Source: Chloroflexota bacterium (lineage in GTDB: Bacteria > Chloroflexota > Anaerolineae > Anaerolineales > UBA4823). From it: a stretch of 64,000 nucleotides of DNA. A program made the translations under genes and the position numbers. The notes under the pieces were generated by a model. That model saw only the letters and a list, made by a program, of their open reading frames with translations. It had not been told where the DNA came from and ran no database searches. The stretch spans positions 93,460 through 157,459 of the forward strand of contig JBMOLU010000008.1 in the NCBI GenBank assembly GCA_049325275.1, written 5' to 3'. Below, in pieces: positions 17,012 through 25,957 of this stretch. Each line of letters starts with the position of its first letter. Within the stretch, counting starts at the first letter, position 1.

Positions 17012-19510
17012 CTATTTTCGCAGCCAACCCGAGTACCAAAACCACAAGATACCTGCGGCCGGTTTGCCGTACACCGAAGACGATTTGTCTTGCAAAGGCA
17101 AGGGCGGGAAAAAACCACGCGAGATCACACCACCAATCCAGGGGCGAATTTCGATCGCAGCCAGCATTGCAGCGTAAGCGTCCACCTGCTCTTGCATATC
17201 CAGGCTGACATCGGGCACATCCTCTTGCAAGCGGGCCAGCGCATCCATACTGAGACAGCCACCCGCAGCAGCAGCCACACAGCCCATGGCCCCGCCATCA
17301 GCAGATGGGTAACCGATCCCCAACCAGACCGGCTTGCCGAGTTGCTGCTGGAAAGGTTGCAGGTTGGCATCGAGCAGGCGGCCCGCTTCGGTTTCCATTT
17401 CGGCCTGGGTCGCAGTTTTGTGGCTGGTAAGCGGCGCCATCCAAAGCACCTCTACCGCATCGACCGCATCGAGAAACGGCGGCGGCGTTTGTACGCCCTT
17501 TGGATAAGCCAGCGCCCACACGACTTGCCCATCGTAACGTTCTCGTACCTCCCCTAATAGCGTTCGCCAGCGGCGTTCGGCATCTGCAGGAACGCCCGAT
17601 GCTGCGCCATCTGCCAGTTTGCCCCCAGGCAAGGCCGGCGCCAGGGTTTCACCACCCAAAATGAGCGCCCCCGCACCGGTTTGCTGTGCCAGGTCGGCAT
17701 GATGCAAGGCATACGTGCGGTACTGATCGAACCACGTCACCCACCAGGAAAAGTCACGCGCCGCATTTTGCCACCAAATCGAAGGCTCCATGGGAAAGCG
17801 CGGCGTGGCAACGATAGCTACATCCAAGCCGGCAGCGCGCGTTTGCAGGGCAAGGTCAAGGACTTCACGCCAGGGAATGTCCTGGCCGGCAAGCGGTTCG
17901 AGCAGCGGTGGGTTAGGGCGCGTAAAGGTCCAGGTGGGTGAAAGCAAGAGCCAGTTGGCGTGCAGCCCCAGTACCGATTGAACCGCCCACACCCAGTTCG
18001 GCTGCCAGGTCGGGTCGTACGCAGGAAGGAACTCCACCCCGGCCACGAACCGATCGGCGCGTGGCAAAATCGAAATGCCCGGCACCACCGGCGGCCTGGG
18101 TGGAGCGTCCCAGGCCCAGTTTTCAACCACATCGTTCCGGACGAGCGGCTGCGCGCCGACCGGCAACACTTCCAGGGGCGGGCTGTCGCTGCCCGGCGTA
18201 CGTATATCGTCGGCCTTGCCACACTGATCTTCACGACAGTAACGGTACCCTATCTCACCGAGTAAATTGAGCGGGCCGGTCAGCACGAACAGCCAGCGGT
18301 GATTTCCCAGCGGCCACATGGGAATCGGCTCCATCCAGCTAAAGCCGGGGTTGAATTGGATAGATACATCCTGGCCATCGGGTGTCGTCGGCGCAGAAAC
18401 TTCAAAGCGGATCGGCTGGCGGCCGCCCGTCCAGGTTTCAACCGCTTCATTCACAACAATATCCTTCTCCGGCACGATCAACTGGCGCAACTGAAAGGCC
18501 CCATCGCTTTTCATCTCGGCGCTCCACAAGCCATCGCCAAGGGTGTATTTGTAGCGAAGATCCGTTCCGGCCGGCAATTGCAACACCAGAGTATAACGGC
18601 CATCGGGCAAATGGGTAAAAACGGGCATACGGGCGGCAACCGTGCTCAAGCCACCGTTAAGGTCGGCAAACGTGTTGCCGGTTTGCAGCAAATTCCCCGC
18701 CAGGCGCAGGACAGCCCCGGCCGGAGTATCTGCCGGTACAGTTACGTGGAAAGAAACGGTTACCAGTTTCGCAGCAACCATCTTAATCGGCGCGGGCGTA
18801 CCGGCATCCGGGGCAATCAGCGCCTCTTGTTGAAATGTATGGTAAGCGCCGTCTAACGCGTACGCCACGAGGTTGTGTTTGCCGGCCGGCAAGCCCTCGA
18901 TGCGAAACGTGCCGTCTGCGGCGGTAATCGTTTGCGCGCCGCCGGCCGCGATGAGGAGCCCTGGCACAGGATATCCCGTCTGCCGATCGAGCACTTCACC
19001 GGTCAAGCGCCCCACCTGGCCGCCAAAAAGTGTATCGGTCCAGCGGCTGACGATGTCATCGATGATCCCCGGCCCGGTGACGTAGGCCATGCGGTAACGT
19101 ACCGGACGCCCATCGCTATAATGCTCCTGCGCCATCGTCTCGCCCTGCCGCACATACCGGTAGCGGATCACCGAACCAACTGCAAACGGCAAAATGACGG
19201 TGAAGTGTCGTTCATCATCCGGATTCATGGCGTAGCGGCGAGAATTGAAGGCGAGGCCGCTGACCTCATCCAGCACGGTCAAGTACAGTGCTTCGCCGGA
19301 GTTCAACGGGGATGGAAGCGCCACACGAAACGTCAACATGGCTTCGGGAAGCGGCTTCGGCATAACGGTGGCTTTCCGGGGTGGACTTCCTCCGCAAGCT
19401 GTCACCAACAGTGAAACGGCGAGGAAAACAGACAGGGCGGAGTAGCGGTGCCGCCTGGCACCCGGGCAATGGAAATGGAAAAAGTGAAAGAAAGCAAAAA
19501 CGGCAGTCAT
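17012..19510 (-). CDS. Putative lipoprotein: CBM20/Ig-like modules, carboxypeptidase-regulatory-like domain, GH113/GTA-like TIM barrel
   Basis: Lipobox LLVTAC; repeated ..YRY/YKY starch-binding-like modules; GEVLDRQTGYPVPG..TAADGTFRIEGLPAG; C-terminal barrel (LILGGE, DAVEV, PVWLGIGY, DMQEQVDAY). Confidence 0.7.
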   Translation of the reverse strand: MTAVFAFFHFFHFHCPGARRHRYSALSVFLAVSLLVTACGGSPPRKATVMPKPLPEAMLTFRVALPSPLNSGEALYLTVLDEVSGLAFNSRRYAMNPDDERHFTVILPFAVGSVIRYRYVRQGETMAQEHYSDGRPVRYRMAYVTGPGIIDDIVSRWTDTLFGGQVGRLTGEVLDRQTGYPVPGLLIAAGGAQTITAADGTFRIEGLPAGKHNLVAYALDGAYHTFQQEALIAPDAGTPAPIKMVAAKLVTVSFHVTVPADTPAGAVLRLAGNLLQTGNTFADLNGGLSTVAARMPVFTHLPDGRYTLVLQLPAGTDLRYKYTLGDGLWSAEMKSDGAFQLRQLIVPEKDIVVNEAVETWTGGRQPIRFEVSAPTTPDGQDVSIQFNPGFSWMEPIPMWPLGNHRWLFVLTGPLNLLGEIGYRYCREDQCGKADDIRTPGSDSPPLEVLPVGAQPLVRNDVVENWAWDAPPRPPVVPGISILPRADRFVAGVEFLPAYDPTWQPNWVWAVQSVLGLHANWLLLSPTWTFTRPNPPLLEPLAGQDIPWREVLDLALQTRAAGLDVAIVATPRFPMEPSIWWQNAARDFSWWVTWFDQYRTYALHHADLAQQTGAGALILGGETLAPALPGGKLADGAASGVPADAERRWRTLLGEVRERYDGQVVWALAYPKGVQTPPPFLDAVDAVEVLWMAPLTSHKTATQAEMETEAGRLLDANLQPFQQQLGKPVWLGIGYPSADGGAMGCVAAAAGGCLSMDALARLQEDVPDVSLDMQEQVDAYAAMLAAIEIRPWIGGVISRGFFPPLPLQDKSSSVYGKPAAGILWFWYSGWLRK

Positions 19511-20341
19511 CTACTGAATCTCTTCACGGATCAGTTGCAAGAGCAATTCCAGGTTTGGGATTTCACCGACAGGAAAGCGCAAAATCCCACCGGAGAATTC
19601 TATCACCAGGTAACCATTGTGAACGGTAAAACGGCGCATCTGTTCCCAAAGGATCAGGCGCGGCTGCCGGCCCGATCGCAAACGGATGCCTTCCTCGCGG
19701 CGCAGCAGCAAGGGGCCAAAAGCAAGCGCTTTGTCATCGCGCAAAGCGACGCGCAAATCGGGCAAGAGCCGCGGGTAAACGGCGGCTTTGACGCGCGTCA
19801 GCAATTCCGGCAGGCCCACAATTTGATCGCTCAAAAAGATTTTTTGGCCAACCCAGGTAAACAGCCACGCATGCTGGTGCCTGCTGATGATGCGTCCGGC
19901 GAGGACGGTTTCGGTGATCTGGGTAGAAACCCCCACGATTTGCTGCCAGGCCAACGACCGGCTTCGACGTAATGGGAACTCGATGCGTAAACCATCCTGC
20001 AAGACGGTGACTTTACGACGTGCGGCGAAAAGCCGCACGATGAGCCAGAGCACAGCAAGCAAGCCGAACAGCCAGGCGACCAGCGACCAGGGGTAGCTCC
20101 ATGCATCCGCCGCAGCCGGGCCATAATGGGTATAGGCATACATGTAAACCAACCCGCTGGATGCAAAGAAAAACAGGCTGGCAAGGCAGCCTGCAATCCA
20201 CAAGAACTTCTCGCTGCGGCGGACTGGCTGCGCACGATAAACCGTTATGGGCGCCCTGCCAGCATGTAACGAATTCCCCGACAAGGTGTGGCCTCCGATA
20301 ACCGAACGATTCACCCGGCCGGCAGGTTTATCCCACCGCAT
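19511..20341 (-). CDS. Membrane protein with two TM helices and PH-like beta domains (DUF6585-like); start uncertain
   Basis: 276 aa; two TM helices, then VTVLQDGLRIE..LAWQQI and LILWEQM repeats; in frame within the tat operon. Confidence 0.65.
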   Translation of the reverse strand: MRWDKPAGRVNRSVIGGHTLSGNSLHAGRAPITVYRAQPVRRSEKFLWIAGCLASLFFFASSGLVYMYAYTHYGPAAADAWSYPWSLVAWLFGLLAVLWLIVRLFAARRKVTVLQDGLRIEFPLRRSRSLAWQQIVGVSTQITETVLAGRIISRHQHAWLFTWVGQKIFLSDQIVGLPELLTRVKAAVYPRLLPDLRVALRDDKALAFGPLLLRREEGIRLRSGRQPRLILWEQMRRFTVHNGYLVIEFSGGILRFPVGEIPNLELLLQLIREEIQ

Positions 20342-21200
20342 TGGGCTTCGCTTCGCCTCGCCGGGCGAGGAAAGCCAACAAAATACCGAAACAATACAGC
20401 AAAGCCATGGGGGCCATCACCAGGGCCATATTGACCGGGTCGGTCGTCGGCGTAATGATGGCCGCTAATAGCGCAATCAACACAACCGCATAGCGCCACT
20501 GGCGTGCCAGCATGCGCGCGTTGACGATCTTCATCGCCGCTAAAATGTAGATAACCAGGGGAAACTCAAACGCCATGCCGATCCAGAACATCAATGAAGC
20601 CACAAAAGGGAAGTAGGTTGCCGGGCGCGGGATGGTTTCGATGCCCATAAAGGTAAACAAGAAGGGCATCGCCACCGGCAGCATGACATAGAAGGCAAAC
20701 GCCATACCGAAGATAAAAAAAAGCGTCGTCAAAGGGATCCCCAACAGGCCAAAGCGGCGCGTACGCGCCGAAACGCCCGGGGCAACGAACAACCAGACTT
20801 CAAAAGCAATGTAGGGAAACGCCAATGCAAAACCGGCTAGCAAAGCGATGCGCATTACGGTGCCGATCGTTTCGGTGGGGTCGATCGAACGCAGGGCATC
20901 CAGCCCGCCTTCGATCGGGCTGGCCAATATCTCTAAAAGTGGCTCGACAAATGTAAAAGAGAGCGCCGTCATCAAGGCCAGCACGAGCACGGCGCGTGTC
21001 AGGTGGACGCGCAGCACGTTCAGGTGCATGAGCACCCCCATCGGATCTTCCATGGCAGAAGCCAGCGATTCGCCGACCGGGGTGTCTTCCGGCTCAAAGG
21101 TCAGAAACTCGCCGGCCTGCCGGATTCCAGAAGGAAGCCAGGCCAGGAAACGAAAAGGCGCGGTGATGACTCGCCAGAGCAAGCGGAAAAAGAAACGCAT
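20328..21200 (-). CDS. tatC: Twin-arginine translocase TatC
   Basis: HLNVLRVHL, PTE..MRIAL, FEVWLFVAPG, FEFPL, AAIITPTTDPVNM. Confidence 0.95.
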   Translation of the reverse strand: MRFFFRLLWRVITAPFRFLAWLPSGIRQAGEFLTFEPEDTPVGESLASAMEDPMGVLMHLNVLRVHLTRAVLVLALMTALSFTFVEPLLEILASPIEGGLDALRSIDPTETIGTVMRIALLAGFALAFPYIAFEVWLFVAPGVSARTRRFGLLGIPLTTLFFIFGMAFAFYVMLPVAMPFLFTFMGIETIPRPATYFPFVASLMFWIGMAFEFPLVIYILAAMKIVNARMLARQWRYAVVLIALLAAIITPTTDPVNMALVMAPMALLYCFGILLAFLARRGEAKPNAVG

Positions 21201-21203
21201 CGT

Positions 21204-21689
21204 TTAATCGCTTTTGAGGGTGGGTGGGCCGTCGGGAGCAGGAGGCGCCGGCGGTGCGGAGATGGTGGGAATACCGCTATCCGGTGGAGAAACGGGCGGC
21301 GCCTTGGCCGTCGAGGCCGCTTTCAGGGCAGGCGTATTCGCCACGGCCTGACCCATTTCACGCCATTCGCCTTTCACCTGCTGCTGCACCTGCGACACTT
21401 GCCGAGAGAGTTCATCCAGGCCGGCTTCTTTTGCAATTTCTTCGGCAGTGGGGAGCAAATCTTCCGGCTTTTCCAGGCCGGCTTCGCGCAGCAACTGGGT
21501 GGGAATGTTGCGCATTTCGGTCTGTACACTTTGGACGGTACGCCAGGTAGGCGATGTGAGCAAATTGCGAATAAAACGTGCAATGCTGCGGCTGCTCGAA
21601 ATCATACGTTCAGGCCCCAAGATAAGCAAGGCAATCAAGAGAAAAAGGATAAACTCGAAAGGCCCAACGCCAAAGATATTCATGCCCAT
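21204..21689 (-). CDS. tatB: TatA/TatB-family translocase subunit with Pro-rich tail
   Basis: FGVGPFEFILFLLIALLILGPERM amphipathic pattern, directly upstream of tatC. Confidence 0.75.
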   Translation of the reverse strand: MGMNIFGVGPFEFILFLLIALLILGPERMISSSRSIARFIRNLLTSPTWRTVQSVQTEMRNIPTQLLREAGLEKPEDLLPTAEEIAKEAGLDELSRQVSQVQQQVKGEWREMGQAVANTPALKAASTAKAPPVSPPDSGIPTISAPPAPPAPDGPPTLKSD

Positions 21690-21696
21690 CCTTAAG

Positions 21697-22128
21697 CTAT
21701 TTCTTCCCGAAAGCCAACCGAATTTCGTTTTGCCGCACGGACAAGCTGCCCAAAACACCGTTTACAAAACGCGGCGTACTGTCTGATCCATATACTTTAC
21801 CCAGTTCCACGGCTTCGTTGATGGCGACTTTCATCGGCGTATCATCACACAGGGCCATCTCCCATAGCGCAATCCGCAGGATGTTGCGATCGATCACGGC
21901 GATTTGATCCAATGGCCACTCAGGCGCATGCTGGGAGATAAAGTTATCCAACTCAACCATCAGTGGCACCACGCCGACCACGATCCGGCGCGTAAAGTCG
22001 GCCAAGGTTTGATCCAGGTTGGCTTCCGCCAGGCGCTCATCAAGGACCTGGCCTGGCGGATGGGCAACGACATCAATTTCGTAAAGTGCTTGCAGGGCAA
22101 CGCTGCGCGCCCTGGTGCGAGGTTTCAT
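21697..22128 (-). CDS. nusB: Transcription antitermination factor NusB
   Basis: RTRARSVALQALY, IDRNILR, VAINEAVELGKVYG..FVNGVL. Confidence 0.96.
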   Translation of the reverse strand: MKPRTRARSVALQALYEIDVVAHPPGQVLDERLAEANLDQTLADFTRRIVVGVVPLMVELDNFISQHAPEWPLDQIAVIDRNILRIALWEMALCDDTPMKVAINEAVELGKVYGSDSTPRFVNGVLGSLSVRQNEIRLAFGKK

Positions 22129-22183
22129 AAGGCCGGGCCGTTCCTTCTTATCGACCCTGGGAGCGGGAAAGGGTTTGCACGTC

Positions 22184-22552
22184 CTAGCTCCCAGGGTCTT
22201 CAGGATAATCGATATCTTCGATATGAACGTTCACCCCACCTACATTCATACCCACCAATTCAGCAACCGTCCGAGCGACGTCACTTTGAACCTTGTGGCT
22301 GACCGTGCGAATGCTTACGTCGCTCTTCATCACGACGTACAGGTCCACATAAACGGTATTATCGACTACACGCAAAACAACGCCATCATCTTGCTGTGTG
22401 TCCTTGCGCAAAAGGCCAACCGTGCGCGGGGCGCTGCCCATCCGGCTGACCCCGGGCACCGCCAACGCGCTCAGGCGCGTCATGGTCAGCAACACACCGG
22501 GCGCAATGGTTGTTCTTCCAGGGGTTTGTGGGTAGTCGCTCGTCGTTTCCAT
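22184..22552 (-). CDS. Asp23/Gls24 family envelope stress protein
   Basis: GRTTIAPGVL..AVPGV..GVVL..VQSDV..GGVNVHIEDI; typical position next to nusB. Confidence 0.9.
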   Translation of the reverse strand: METTSDYPQTPGRTTIAPGVLLTMTRLSALAVPGVSRMGSAPRTVGLLRKDTQQDDGVVLRVVDNTVYVDLYVVMKSDVSIRTVSHKVQSDVARTVAELVGMNVGGVNVHIEDIDYPEDPGS

Positions 22553-22556
22553 GTCT

Positions 22557-23315
22557 TTACATCATTACCATACCACCGTCCACGCTCAGGACATGGCCGG
22601 TGATATATTCGGCTTCATCGGATGCGAGGAAAGCCACGGCGTAGGCAATATCCTGCGTACTGCCCCAACGCCCCAGGGGAATGGCCTTCAGGGTGGCGCC
22701 TTTCAATTCTTCGGGGAGGTCCTTGGTCAGGTCGGTAGGGATAAAGCCAGGTGCAACGGCGTTTACCGTAATGCTGCGCGAACCCAGTTCACGCGCCAGG
22801 GCTTTGGTAAGGCCGATCAGGCCGGCCTTGGAAGAAGAGTAATTGGCCTGCCCGGCCTGCCCGGCCAAGCCGGAAACGGAAGAAATGTTGACGATACGGC
22901 CGTAGCGTTGCTTCATCATCTGACGCACGACGGCCTTCGAGCAGTTGAAGGCGCCCTTCAGGTTGATACCGAGCACCAGATCCCAATCGGCTTCTTCCAT
23001 CCGCATAATCAGGTTATCGCGAGTGACGCCGGCGTTGTTGACGAGGATATCGACGCGGCCAAGCTCGGCCACGGCCTTGTCGATCATCGCTTTGGCGCTT
23101 TCACTGTTGGACACATCTACCGAAGCAGCCACCGTCTTGCGCCCGGTAGCAGCCGCGATCTCCTGGGCAGTCGTCTCGGCCAATTCGGCCCGCAGGTCGG
23201 CGATCAAAACGTCTGCGCCACGCGTCGCCAGGGTCTCGGCGATCACGCGGCCAATGCCACGCGCCGAACCGGTCACGACGGCCACTTTCCCTTGAAACGG
23301 AAGGTTTGAGGACAT
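22557..23315 (-). CDS. fabG: 3-oxoacyl-ACP reductase
   Basis: TGSARGIG, NNAGVTRD, YSSSKAG, NAVAPGFI, VDGGM. Confidence 0.95.
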   Translation of the reverse strand: MSSNLPFQGKVAVVTGSARGIGRVIAETLATRGADVLIADLRAELAETTAQEIAAATGRKTVAASVDVSNSESAKAMIDKAVAELGRVDILVNNAGVTRDNLIMRMEEADWDLVLGINLKGAFNCSKAVVRQMMKQRYGRIVNISSVSGLAGQAGQANYSSSKAGLIGLTKALARELGSRSITVNAVAPGFIPTDLTKDLPEELKGATLKAIPLGRWGSTQDIAYAVAFLASDEAEYITGHVLSVDGGMVMM

Positions 23316-23348
23316 GATTATCTCCTTGAAGCGAAGTGAATTATACCG

Positions 23349-24293
23349 CTAACCAGCGGAAAGAAACTTCTCGAAATCGGCCGGCGCCCCCAGGGCGGTT
23401 TGGCTGACCTGTTTGTCGATGCGTTTGATCAGGCCGGTGAGGACATCGCCACTGCCCAGTTCGATGAATAGCGTGACGCCCTGGGCGGCCATCGCCTGCA
23501 CCGATTCCGTCCAGCGCACACGCGAGTGAAGCTGCGCTTGCAAATCTTCCCGCACGGCCTGGGCGGTGATCAACGCACGGGCCGTGACGTTGCCCACCAA
23601 CGGCACCTGCGGATCGGCGATCGGTGCCGCTTGAACGGCCTCGTTGAATCCGGCCTGGGCATGTGCCATCAGCGGGGAGTGTGCAGCAATGCTGACGGCC
23701 AGGCGCTTCGCCCGGCGTGCACCCGCCGCCTGAATCAAGGGCAGCACGCGTTCGAGGGCCGCGTCGGTGCCCGAAATGACCACCTGGCCCGGACAGTTAT
23801 CGTTGGCGACTTGCACGATCTCATCTGGCGTGCTCGCCTGCGTACAAAGCGCTTCGAGGGTGGGAATGTCGAGGCCCAGGATGGCAGCCATGCCGCCCGG
23901 GGATGCTTCACCGGCCTGTTTCATTAGCTCGCCACGGCGGCGCGCCAACACCAGGGCATCAGCAAAGTCCAGGCAGCCGGCCGCGACGAGGGCGCTCAGT
24001 TCTCCCATCGAATGCCCGGCCACGAAAGCCGGCTGCCATCCGGGGCACTTTTCCTGAAAGACGCGCAGCGCGGCCACCGAGTGGGTAAGCAAGGCCGGTT
24101 GGGTATTGAGGGTGTCGTTGAGGGATTCTTCGGGGCCTTCCCAGGCTAACGCAGAAAGGGAAAAGCCGAGAATTTTGTCGGCCTGGGCGAAGGTTTCGCC
24201 CGCGACGGGAAATGTGTTGGCCAGTTCGCGACCCATACCGAGCGCCTGCGAACCCTGGCCGGGAAAGAGAAGGGCAAAGGGTGTCGGTTGCAT
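23349..24293 (-). CDS. fabD: Malonyl-CoA:ACP transacylase
   Basis: LFPGQGSQ, TQPAL, AGHSMGE, ANDNCPGQVVISG, AHS. Confidence 0.96.
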   Translation of the reverse strand: MQPTPFALLFPGQGSQALGMGRELANTFPVAGETFAQADKILGFSLSALAWEGPEESLNDTLNTQPALLTHSVAALRVFQEKCPGWQPAFVAGHSMGELSALVAAGCLDFADALVLARRRGELMKQAGEASPGGMAAILGLDIPTLEALCTQASTPDEIVQVANDNCPGQVVISGTDAALERVLPLIQAAGARRAKRLAVSIAAHSPLMAHAQAGFNEAVQAAPIADPQVPLVGNVTARALITAQAVREDLQAQLHSRVRWTESVQAMAAQGVTLFIELGSGDVLTGLIKRIDKQVSQTALGAPADFEKFLSAG

Positions 24294-24309
24294 AACTCTT
24301 ATAACACAA

Positions 24310-24334
24310 ACGGGCCGTGAATGTCACGGCCCGT
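24310..24334 (-). terminator. Hairpin after rpmF (terminator-like)
   Basis: ACGGGCCGTGA-ATG-TCACGGCCCGT, an 11-bp stem followed on the minus strand by TTGTGTT. Confidence 0.55.
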
Positions 24335-24341
24335 AGGATAC

Positions 24342-24533
24342 TTATTTTTTCTTTTCTTCGACTTCAACAACCTCGCGACCCTTGTAATGGCCGCAGTTGG
24401 GGCAAACCCGATGCGGCAAGCGCATTTCTCCACAGTTGCTACACTGAACGAGGTTTTGCGCTTCCAGGGCGTCGTGCGCGCGACGGCGGTCGCGGCGGCC
24501 CTGGGAATGTTTTCGTTTTGGATGGGGGGGCAT
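24342..24533 (-). CDS. rpmF: 50S ribosomal protein L32 (Zn-binding form)
   Basis: MPPHPKRKHSQGRRDRRRAH, CSNCG..HRVCPNCGHY. Confidence 0.96.
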   Translation of the reverse strand: MPPHPKRKHSQGRRDRRRAHDALEAQNLVQCSNCGEMRLPHRVCPNCGHYKGREVVEVEEKKK

Positions 24534-24713
24534 GGTCTTACTCCTTCTTACTGGGATCAGCCGGGGCTAACATATTCACACAACAATACCTGCCCAGATG
24601 GGCAGGCAAGGGTGGATTATACGTTTGAGGAGATGGGCTGTCAAGTTTTTGATCCAAGCAAATTGGCTTTCAAGGCTATAATTGCCCCTTGGTAACCCAC
24701 AATATCGAGGATC

Positions 24714-25802
24714 GTGATGCCAACAATCGCTGCCCATCTCCACGCTTCTATCCAAACAAAATACCACCTGCGCCCGGCATCCCTGGTTCCGCTCGTTTTC
24801 TGGACAGCGCTGTTGCTCGCAGGCTGCCAGACACCGGCGAACACCGCAACCACCGGGCCTGCTGCGGAAACGGGCGTTTCTGCCACTGCGGAAGTTCCTG
24901 CCAGCAGGACCGCCGCTCCGCTGCCGACGGCGACACCCATCCCCAGCGCCATCCCCACGGAAGCGTGGATGCCTTCTGCAACCCTCTCGCCCACCGAAAC
25001 GCACGTTCCTTCGCCAACGGCAACGCAAGCTGCCGGCGCCACGCAGGTTTCTGCCGGCGATGGCATGATCCTGGTCTACGTACCGGCCGGCGAATTCGTC
25101 CTGGGCAGCCGCCCCGAAGATGTCGGCGCCGATGCGGATGAGTTTCCACAACGCACGATTTACCTGGACGCTTTTTGGATCGATCAGACAGAGGTCACCA
25201 ACGCCATGTATGCGGCCTTTCTCAACGAGACCGGCGGGCATGCAACGGGTTCATCGGCCTGGTTGAACGCGATCAAGGAAGCGGTGCAAATCGTTAAAGA
25301 TGGCGAACGATGGCAACCACGCAAGGGCCTGGAAAGTCATCCGGCCGTCGAGGTCACCTGGTACGGCGCAGCGGCCTACTGCGCGTGGGCCGGCCGGCGC
25401 CTGCCCACAGAAGCCGAATGGGAAAAGGCCGCCCGCGGCACGCACGGGCACATTTACCCCTGGGGGAGCGAAATCGACTGCACGAAAGCTTTGTACGGTA
25501 ACTGCGCCGTATCTTTCACCTTCCCTGTGGGGAGCCTGCCCGACGGGGCCAGCCCATACGGAGCGCTGGATATGGCCGGCAACGTGTGGGAATGGGTGGC
25601 CGACTGGTACGCTGTCGACACCTATGCCAATATGCCCCAGGCAAACCCTACCGGACCTGAAAGCGGGACGGCGCGTGTGGTGCGCGGCGGCTCGTTCGAT
25701 TACAATGCCAAGCACAACCGTCCCGCCGACCGGCGCAACGACGGACCGGAAAATTCGTCGTACGATTACGGCTTCCGCTGCGCCGTGAGCGCAACGCCTT
25801 AG
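24714..25802 (+). CDS. FGE-sulfatase (SUMF1/EgtB/PvdO-like) domain lipoprotein
   Basis: Lipobox LLLAGC, P/T/A-rich linker, FWIDQTEVTN, RRLPTEAEWEKAARG, DMAGNVWEWV, RGGSF, GFRCA. The FGE catalytic Cys pair is absent. Confidence 0.9.
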   Translation: MMPTIAAHLHASIQTKYHLRPASLVPLVFWTALLLAGCQTPANTATTGPAAETGVSATAEVPASRTAAPLPTATPIPSAIPTEAWMPSATLSPTETHVPSPTATQAAGATQVSAGDGMILVYVPAGEFVLGSRPEDVGADADEFPQRTIYLDAFWIDQTEVTNAMYAAFLNETGGHATGSSAWLNAIKEAVQIVKDGERWQPRKGLESHPAVEVTWYGAAAYCAWAGRRLPTEAEWEKAARGTHGHIYPWGSEIDCTKALYGNCAVSFTFPVGSLPDGASPYGALDMAGNVWEWVADWYAVDTYANMPQANPTGPESGTARVVRGGSFDYNAKHNRPADRRNDGPENSSYDYGFRCAVSATP

Positions 25803-25909
25803 AAATTGTCCGAAAAGCAAAGTGCGATCACTTTGCCGGCCAGAAACAGGTCTCCGCTACCCTTATGGAAGTGCGCCGCACCTGTCGACGGCACTTTTTA
25901 GAGGGTCCC
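25799..25909. mobile_element. MITE/REP-like element, copy 1
   Basis: TTAG-AAATTGTCCGAAAAG end, internal AAGTGCGATCACTT..GAAACAGG..ACCCTTATGGAAGTGCGCCGCACCTG, and a degenerate inverted end CTTTTTAGAGGGTC. Confidence 0.65.
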
Positions 25910-25957
25910 TTTGAAGAAACCCTACACACCGCTTGAACATGATTGGGAGATGAACCG

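Noticed and set aside
2220-24100. Long antisense ORFs opposite real genes (e.g. 5050..5856, 5911..6699, 11991..12704, 22551..23309)
   Set aside because: High-GC shadow frames with no domain motifs.
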